From the NCBI GenBank assembly GCA_024704765.1, contig JAKMXF010000080.1, positions 1 through 31,826 of the forward strand: a stretch of DNA of 31,826 nucleotides, given 5' to 3'. The DNA is from Oopsacas minuta. Lineage: Eukaryota > Animalia > Porifera. The position numbers were made by a program, and so were the translations under genes. The notes under the pieces were generated by a model that did no database searches, was not told the origin of the DNA, and saw only the letters and a list, made by a program, of their open reading frames with translations. Positions 23,183 to 31,826 of this stretch are shown in pieces (the first letter of the stretch is position 1; every line of letters begins with the position of its first letter).

Positions 23183-24522
23183 CAGGGTGGCCAGAAATTA
23201 TTGATACCATGAATTTCTACTTTTATTTGACCATACTTTGATTTATGTTGTTTCCTAAGTATGTATAATGATATTTCATTTATGTTCATTACCGATTCAA
23301 TCTTTGTCGCAATTTTTGAATTTCAAATATCAAAAATTAGTGAAATTTTAGATAATAAATTTAACCACAATTTCCTATCTTTTATTAGCTTCATTATCAT
23401 GAATATTGAGATTCGTTCACGTGCTATTGGTATGATATATGGCGCATGACACAGAAAGATGTAGCTAATCGTCTTAGTAAGGGAATTGCCGCTACTAAAA
23501 GTTGGAAACGCCATATCAATAACCAGAGTCTCCACCATAGACATGGTGGAGAAAGGCCGCCAAAATTGAATCCAGTGGCAAAGGTGGTAATATCAAAGTT
23601 TTTGGGAAAAAGACATCAGTCCATAAGGAAATTGAGTGCAAAATTGAAATCTAAAGGACATTCTATTTCGAAAAGTACTGTACACTCTAATTTGAAGAAG
23701 TCTGTTGGCGCTAAACCCTTCAAAAGGCCCAAACAACCGAAATTGACACCAAACATAAGGAAACAGACTTTTGTTCCGCCAAAAATATCGAAATTGGTCA
23801 GTGGATGATTGGAAATACATTCTTTGGAGTGGTGAGTCTCAATTTGAACTTTTTCATCCTTCAAACGATCAAAATGACCGAATTTGGGCAAAGAGTTCAG
23901 CAAATATACCCCCTCAGCAAACAGTAAAATTTCCTCAAAGAGTCATGGTATGGGGCATGATGAGCTTTCAAGCGGTCTCTGAACTACACATAATACCTCC
24001 TAAACAAAATATTAATGCCGCCTATTATACGGATGAGATATTGGCCATAACCTGTAAAGATGCAATTAAACGCAAAAGAAAGACAGGAAATATCTTGCAG
24101 AAGAGAATGCTCCAGACCCGTTGAAATCGATATTCATGCAAGATGGTGCTCCATCTCACAGGGGCCAAAATTTCGCAAGAATGGTGTTATAAACACTTAC
24201 GTAATTTTTGGCAGAAAGAAGTGTGGCCAGGTAATTCGCCAGACCTTAACCCCATTGAAAATCTTTGGGCAATACTCAAGCAGAAGCTTGAGGAGGCACC
24301 ACAGCCGGACAACCTTCAAGACCTCATATTTCTTCTGAAAAATGCTTGGTCAAACATAGATTCTTCGCTCCTCGAAAATTTAATAGTAGGCCTGCAGAAT
24401 AGAATTGCAAAATGCATAGAATTAGAAGGAGATTATATAGGTAAATGAAATGAATAAATAGTGGGTAGTTTTCGAAACTTATAGCAACTTATGAAAGGTA
24501 TCAATAATTACTGGATACCCAG
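23183..24522 (+). mobile_element. Full-length Tc1-like element D (DD37E) with frameshifted transposase (about 23399-24448)
   Basis: TA-flanked TIRs (22/26); ILWSGESQFELFHPSNDQNDRIW, VMVWGMMS, QDGAPSH-37 aa-E (WPGNSPDLNPIENLW) after removing one G. Confidence 0.94.
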
Positions 24523-24528
24523 TACAGN

Positions 24529-24656
24529 ACATTTTGATGCGGGTCAAAATCCTACGCATATATTACATCGTAGGATTTTGACCCGCACCATGGATATGCT
24601 ATTAGGATTTTGTATTGCGGGTCAAAATCCTACGCGGGTCAAAATCCTACGCAACA
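24529..24656. repeat. Terminus of an unclassified transposon: four copies of GCGGGTCAAAATCCTACG, one inverted, ending ...CGCAACA
   Basis: Copies at 24539, 24569 (inverted), 24617 and 24634; the rest is lost in the gap at 24528. Confidence 0.7.
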
Positions 24657-26488
24657 GGTCTTAATTTAGAATGCGAAGTTAAGAGACATCTATATCTCGT
24701 AATGTATTATAGACTGAGCTTCGTAGAGCTAAATCTGTTTATGGTTTAAATTGTTGGAAATTGAAAATTGAATAACAAAGTTTCAGTAGAAGATCCCATT
24801 GACCGAGAATTTCAGCGATTGAATTAATCAATAAGTCCGAAAATTCATGTTAATTATGTTTGAGCAATTGATAAATGGGTCTGTAGCATAAATTACTGAG
24901 GTGCGTTTAATACAAGGCCGTGCAAGCCCAATTTTACCTGACACGGTCAAATATAACTAGAGCAGAGACCAAGACTCCTACTGAATTATGACCATTCTTT
25001 GCCTAATAAGGATATACTGAGAAAATATTATTCCATCATTAGTGCACAGTAATTTGAAAAATGATCCGATAATTTATCCAAACCCGATAATTATTGTATT
25101 GAACAATCAAGCGATATGGATCTACGTATTTTCTTATCGATTGAGTTACATGTGAATATATACGTATAGTTACCAACTATCTAGATTCTATATGTAGCCA
25201 CTATTTTCAGTGGCCTTGCTGTGACCAGGCCAGATTGTATTACTGGCACGACCCCGGACACTGTATGCATAGACAATGAATGGACAGTAACTATAGAAAA
25301 TTGAGACATGGAAAACATATCGGCTCTATACTACATGTCACACATTAACAGTTTAAATTATTGTTTTCAAGAATGATTTGATAAAAATGTTGATTGTAGA
25401 CTGATCACAAAATTCTTGAAATATATATAAAAATGAAAATGTACTAGTAATACATAAAGATGAAATTATTCTATGACGAAATTAGGGAACGGATCCTGAC
25501 CTTGATGAAGTTACCTCTGGGAACGAAAGAATTTTGGGAGAAGAGTTTCCAAATATTTATAGGCGAATCAAGCAAATTTTACAAAATAACCTCAATATAT
25601 AATAAATCTATCAACTACAATAACCAACAAAGGTCTGGTAGACGTTTGACTGGACTAAAAGTAGGTTTTGTCTCAATAAAACATGTTGTGCAAAAAAATA
25701 TTCCGAAATTGAATCATATAATGAGGAAGTATCGCGACTTTTGCTATTCTCACACATTTCGAATCCTTTCTGAATTACCTTCAAATCTATTTATGATCTC
25801 GATTTAAGGCGTATTACGAAGTCTGTGAATTAGGAACATGATTTTCGGTCCAAGAATTGTTTAGATGACTGCAAGGAATTTGGAAATATTTTGTACAATT
25901 CATTCATTGATCAGTCTACATATAAGTCAGATCCCAACATTGCAGGCGAGAATTTTATATCAAAACTATATCACGCAGAATTAAAAGTAACATCTAAAAA
26001 ATTTGGTTAAATGACATTTCAATACACTAAAAGTGAATAGAAAACTGCGCCGTGCCGAATATATAAGTAAATGCAAATTCTATAGAACATCTACTACGTA
26101 CATGAATTTCAAAAGACTTTGGCAATCGAATTTGTAAATTAAAAAAGTTTCAAATAAATTAGTCGATGAAATACTTAAATTTGATGAGGTGGCAAAGATC
26201 CCTTGATAATATCTCTATCCACATTCCCTCACCTAATTCAAACCCTATAATTCATAAGGATTTATTGTTAACATAACTTCTAATGTAGCCGTGTTAATAT
26301 GAACACAAACTGACCGTCAAAAGTATATTCTCCATATCCAGAGGAATACCAATTTGAAAATCTTTTTGAGGGACCTATTCGAAATCCGGGAATTGATATT
26401 TACTAGGTTTCACTGTAATTATAATCTGAATATGGTGTATAGCCTTTTGTATTTGCTATATGTTATTGAACAATAACGAAGAGTAATA

Positions 26489-27815
26489 CAGGGGTATTCA
26501 ATATAAACTAATCACTATATATTTTTAATGAAATAGTAATTCTAAGCTAGTATTTCTCAGTGCAATTATATAGAACCATATTTCAACTTTCTAACAAAAC
26601 TGAGAGAGAGTTGATCACTTAATTATTTCCCAAGTTTTAGTTATTTTTAGAAACCTACATTTTATCCTTTACATTTTTCATGGCTTCTTGTCCAAATTTT
26701 TTGAACTTGAACAACGAACATACATCAAATTTCGCACCATTCTCGAAATCCCTCCAAAGTCTATTCATGACTAGTTGGCAACGATATGTAGAGAAAATAC
26801 TTTATCGTATCCAACTGTCAGAAGGTGGGTGAGCCTATTTAGGGAAGGTAGGACCACTGTCCAAGACGCCCCTCGTCCTGGAGCACCAAACTGGCGACCA
26901 ACAATGACAAATTGAGTGAAGTAAAGGAATATGTTGAGTCTTTTCCGCATTCTTCGGTTGAGGAGGTGCTAACTATGTTGGCATTTCAACGGAAGTGCAC
27001 ACACAATTCTAAAGGCGGATTTAGAACTGAGGAAGGTCCAAGTGCGATGGGTACCACATTGCTTAACTTTTCCACAAAAGGACGCGAGACTCCAAATGGC
27101 TAAGGAAAACCTTGAAATTTATGAAGGGAGTGAACCTAGGCGGTTATTAGAGATAGTAACAGGAGATGAAACATGGATACAATTCAAACCACTGATCAGA
27201 AAGCAAGATGACAGGGATGGCTAAACAAGGGAGAGGTACCCCAGCTGTTTGTGTGTCCGACTTCCGTGCCCCGAAGGTCTTGTACTGCATATTTTTCGAT
27301 GGCCTAGGTCCTGTAGTTCAAATCCCTGTTCCCAAAGGTCAGACACTCACAGGACAATTTTACGCAGATGTGGAGTTGCCTGAGGTCGAAAGCATCGTCT
27401 TAAGTGTCGTCCAAAGACTGGAACTCGTGGTCTCAAAATTTTGCACGATAATGCTAGACCGCATAAATCTTTGGCTGTAAGGCAAAAAATTAAGGATATG
27501 CGTTGGACGAAGTTCCACATCCACCTTACTCCCCTGATATAGCCCCATGTGACTTCTGGCTGTTTAGAAAACTCAAAGATAACCTCTCCCGACGCGAATT
27601 TGAGGATCGGTTCAGCCTTGGTCGGGAATTTACAGATACTCTGAAGTCATACCCAAGGATGAGTACAGAAAGACATTTGAAAATTGGATTAAAAGGTTAA
27701 ATTCAGTTGTAGCGTATAAAGGAGACTACTTTGAACATTCATATCAAAAATAACCAACTTTACACAAGGATTTATAGTTTTAGATGGTATGATTAGTATT
27801 TATTGAATGCCCCTG
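26489..27815 (+). mobile_element. Full-length decayed DD34D mariner (transposase relic 26680-27753)
   Basis: TA-flanked 26-bp TIRs (23/26); EIVTGDETW, LHDNARPH, HPPYSPDIAPCDFWLF. Confidence 0.95.
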
Positions 27816-28957
27816 TATGATAAGAATCATCTACACAAGATTTGTGAAACAATTCTTTCATGGGCAACAAGTCCTCTGATCTTGAATTGTCTTAATAAAT
27901 TACATTATATGAGCCTATAAGTCGGCACTTTGGGTATTCAATCAGTGATAAAAATTGCACTGAAATCCTCCCGCATCTAAAGTCGATAAACAGTTACTTG
28001 TACATGCCGTGGACGAATTTATGTCCTTAATTTCGATATCGGTCGAGTCATGTATCAATTGTATTTAATGCGGTGAAAATAAAACGAAAATTTGTGATTG
28101 TATGACGTCAAAAAGATAATTAATCTCATATTTCGAGCTGAGAAGTTGTTAAAGGAAATAAATAAATTCTAGCGCCCTTTCCGTTACGAATGTAACACAT
28201 TGGCAGTAATCGGTTATAGTAGAGATTTTGAATATTGTTGGGTCATGAAGGAGTAATTTTAAGCCTTTTTAGGACGCATTATGCGGCGTTGACATAGAAC
28301 AGATTTTCAACCCGAGAGAGCTTCGACCTCAAAAATTGATTGAAATTGGTTCCCAAAATCAAAATCAAGAGTAACTCCTACTTATAGCAAATTTATTGAA
28401 ATCCGGGTTGAAAAAAATCCGAAAAGTTTCATCTAAATTACACGAAAAATGATTTTTATGAATTAACCAAATACTTCCGGGGAAATATGTGATTTTAAGA
28501 AGTTAAGAAGGATCCATCTTCAACAGCTATATTTAGCAGCTTTCAAGTGGACCTTTAGACCAATTATTAAGACACTAAAATTCATCTAACGGCTTCAGGG
28601 TTAACTGAAACGAATTTTAATCTAGATATTCGTGATTAATGAAACTTCTTACTATGTTATGAGATTTGTAACAAAATATCTCTATTAATGTATCAAATTA
28701 GACCATTTTATTACTCTCGTAATACAATTAGTATAGATTCACACATAACTCATACAGATTATTGTATTTAATAGTACAGTATAGATAGATATCGATTGAA
28801 AAGTAGAGTATTGACTAGGTAGTATGAGGGTTGGGGGACTATATTCAAAGAAAACAACAGCAAAACTAGATTATCTAGTTCCACAGGAGAATAAGAAGAA
28901 ATGCAAATCCATGCTATTCAGCCAGAATTCATATTGCAGAATAGCACATAACAAAGT

Positions 28958-29231
28958 CAGTACCGGATTCAGGAGTGTTCGGAGTGTGCGGCCGAACAGG
29001 GGCCCCACAACTCAATGTCATTAATTTTATACGCACTGTAATTCTACTTTAATCACTATAAATCTTATACTACAAATGCTATAACATAACCTCCGCATGA
29101 ATACAATAAACACAAGCATTCTAAATTGAGGAATTGGGACAGGTGTGCGAACCGTTACAGCTTGGAATTGGCTTCAGAGGGCTCCGGGAATTGCCCTTGA
29201 ACAGGCACCCACATCCCTAAATCCGGCACTA
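28958..29231. mobile_element. 274-bp hAT-type MITE
   Basis: TIRs cagtaccggattcagg / revcomp tagtgccggatttagg; flanking 8-mers aacaaagt and accaaatt (6/8, decayed TSD). Confidence 0.65.
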
Positions 29232-29573
29232 ACCAAATTCTACTAACATTAGGCTTAAACTATGATCATAAAGTTACAATAAAATTATTAATCGCTTTTG
29301 TTGCAGTATATTCCTTATCAAACTCACTGAATTATATCACTAAAGTAATGGTAGCTACTAATGTATTTTGACCGTGGATGTACTAGTATACAATTTATAT
29401 TAATACTGTGATATTTTTAGTTATCCAATAATTACAATTGATATAAGATACTATTAGAACCACAAAATCAATCTTATAATAAATAAAATTATTATTAGGT
29501 TGAGTTCTCAGATGAATTCACTACTAATCCATATGGAAAAAATATTTTACATAATTGTAACCCATAATGATTG

Positions 29574-29596
29574 TATATATATATATATATATATAT
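29574..29596. repeat. (TA)n microsatellite
   Basis: Direct reading. Confidence 0.9.
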
Positions 29597-30139
29597 TTGC
29601 AGTTCTTTTACACTAATATTTGGTCCTTTTCTTCTCTTCTGTGTTCTGCATGATGGTACACCATTTTCACCATATTACCTCTGTACCCTACTTCCAATAC
29701 CCTTGTAAAACATTTTGATATAAAATAATTGAAGAATATCGCCATTGTTAAAAAAAACATATATGGGATCGTTATATTGGAAAGAGATACCATATCTAAA
29801 TGCTATAGAAGTGCTGGGAAAACCGGGAATTAGTAGAAATGAGTAATTCTTATTTTAGCATAATTTTAAAGATTCTCGAGTGAATATTCATTAAGGTTGG
29901 CATCCGTGGTCTCTAAAGTAAATCAAGAACGAACAACCTTGTGTCAAAATTTTCGATATTTTGCCTAAGTACTCATAGATCATTTCCTATAAATTCACTA
30001 TGAGATTAAAAATGCACAATTGTACTTTATAGAAGGCATCAAATAATGAGATATTTGAATAAGTAATGCATATTAGACACATACTTTGACATTCCTCAAA
30101 TTTTGTAGCATATATAAACTAGTAAATGCGATTAATCAA

Positions 30140-30660
30140 TATGTATGTTTGTATGTCTAGGATTGATTCAAGAAACTGGAGCCGAAGGGCTGATTTTTGG
30201 CATACAGGGGTATTTTGGCCTGGCTCGAAAATTTTGAGTCTTCGACGAAATTGAGACATTAGACGAAATTATGATGTCATCATAACCATTTTAGATTTAC
30301 GAAAAATCAGATTATTAACTACTGCTCAGCCAATATACAGGATAGAAGTTTGAAATTTGAATCACAGGTACCCTTCAATGTGACAAATGTCCTTAAGTCA
30401 TGATTTTGACCAAAAGTTAACTAATCATGGGATTATTACAACTGCACAAATAAATCAAAATATTCCAAATTTGGAAAAATTTCAGAATTTCATAGTACCC
30501 GAGGCAATAAGTGCCGAGATTACTAACTAAAAGCGACATTGCATCTCCAGTATCACCGCAGAAGGCCATCGAATGAAATTTGGAAGGGCCATGGATAATA
30601 CAATCTTAAAATTATTTTATACACAATGTACGAAGTGGCGAGTATATCCCTTTGCGTAGC
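30140..30660 (+). mobile_element. Possible non-autonomous Helitron/HINE-like repeat
   Basis: Starts with gtatgtttgtatgtct microsatellite followed by aaact...ctgatttttggcatacag and later gaaatttg motifs typical of such elements; termini not established. Confidence 0.25.
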
Positions 30661-31019
30661 CACAAAAGTAACAAGAAATTTATCTGTGTAATGCTGAATC
30701 AAACCTGATGCGTAACGACAGAGCAAGTATTGTCATAAAAGTTGGTATTCTACAAATCTGTAGAACATAATTCAGATAAAATGCACTGTTTCGGCAAATA
30801 TTGAAGCTAAATACATGTTGGGCAAACCACCGGGCAGATTACACATCGTGCTACCTTGAAATCATTAGACAAACAAAGCAATAACACTCTATACGTTCTA
30901 ATTAAAAATACGCTAGATTATGCAGACAAAAAAAGGATATGCGGTAGAAGTATGACTTCAGAAATTATTGAAACGCGGTATTTGAAAAATATTTAATATA
31001 AAACATAGAGAAGACAAAC

Positions 31020-31304
31020 CTGAACAGGTAGACCATATTCCATATTTAATAAACAAGTTTGACAAACATTTTTCAACTTAGAGCAAGTTTGACAAATTTC
31101 AGTCTTTTTGTATCGCATTTTAGGACCAGGACACCAACGAAATGTCGTAAAAGGCCGAGTACAAATTTTGCACTCTTTTCCGTATTTCTCTTTCAACATT
31201 CGAAGAAAAGGAATACTTCCCATGCATGTAGGGCATAAAAGAGGAAATTCACTATGTTCCCAATTAAATCTGTTATAGGAATTAGTCGTCTTGGAAATAG
31301 CCAT
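31020..31304 (-). CDS. RBM22: First coding exon (95 codons) of pre-mRNA splicing factor RBM22/Slt11, N-terminal zinc-binding domain
   Basis: [83 protein letters not shown]; acceptor tctttttatccttAG one base before ATG; donor CAG|GTTTGT at 31019. Confidence 0.93.
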
Positions 31305-31305
31305 T

Positions 31306-31403
31306 CTAAGGATAAAAAGATAAATGATCAAGGTCTGGGAATGTAGCATATATAAAAATTCTTTCAGAAATTCTACTTTTAGGAAAGAGTAGTTTTTGTT
31401 TAC
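31306..31403 (-). other. Putative 98-nt 5'-UTR intron of RBM22
   Basis: GAG|GTAAAC donor at 31403 and the polypyrimidine/AG acceptor at 31307-31306. Confidence 0.5.
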
Positions 31404-31427
31404 CTCCAGGTGTTGTCTTCCAATTAA

Positions 31428-31826
31428 ATAAATATTTGGTACAATTGCAGAATCTTATACCCCCAACTTTTTAATGTGGTCAAAAATCCCTATATGCACC
31501 GTTCAAGAACTCGTTAAAAGGAGTTGATAGAGCTAAAGAACTCCAAAATCGGATTAAAATTGACAAAGTTACGAAAAATTTACTCCCTAAGCCAAATCCT
31601 ATGGGGAAAATTATATTACTCACTATAGTCAAATTGTATTAATTATACATTACAATTATCATAGGAATGCGCATACTGTTGATATTGCGGTTATACTCGC
31701 TTGTTACTCTACTCTTTCATATTCATTTGTTTGCTATTCAGTGTATTTCACTGCAGGTAATTCTTGTTACTTTAAAGGAAAGTTGGTTATTACATAATTC
31801 TGTCTGCAACACTAAATATACAATGC
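31428..31826 (-). repeat. Dispersed repeat of unknown family, copy 2, running off the window end
   Basis: Reverse complement of 20638-21037. Confidence 0.88.

Noticed and set aside
25460-25990. 115-aa ORF and a following open frame (EHDFRSKNCLDDCKEFG...) as possible plus-strand exons
   Set aside because: No recognisable homology, weak splice sites, and lengths within chance expectation.
727-27548. Many 60-100 aa ORFs antisense to transposase relics (e.g. 2076-2384, 6035-6265, 11655-11936, 13919-14131, 23593-23903, 27360-27548)
   Set aside because: Shadow ORFs of transposase sequence with no independent support.
28598-28604. GGG-TTAA, a piggyBac-like right end
   Set aside because: No matching TTAA-CCC left end with a TIR nearby.
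29608-29793. Minus-strand ORF considered as RBM22 exon 2
   Set aside because: No frame resembles the VRD...KSDVNKEYY continuation of RBM22.

Overview
AT-rich eukaryotic (probably invertebrate animal) genomic DNA; a planarian or other lophotrochozoan is my guess, not something I can demonstrate. There are no prokaryotic features, RNA genes or CRISPR arrays. More than half of the window is a nest of decayed DNA transposons: a Tigger/pogo, two maT-type DD37D elements plus a fragment, three DD37E Tc1-like elements, three pieces of one DD34D mariner family, a two-gene PIF/Harbinger, two nested hAT families, several MITEs and a 913-bp foldback element. The only confidently identified host gene piece is the first coding exon of a somewhat divergent RBM22/Slt11 splicing factor (31020-31304, minus); a few weaker exon candidates exist. 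Four single N characters (3670, 12475, 19106, 24528) separate five contigs. The strongest observation is that one nested hAT insertion is split, with its halves in the wrong order: the same 8-bp TSD occurs at 18968-18975 and 4338-4345, and the host zinc-finger reading frame joins exactly across it. This implies the contigs are scaffolded out of order, or that the locus was rearranged. I found no well-supported novel biological system.
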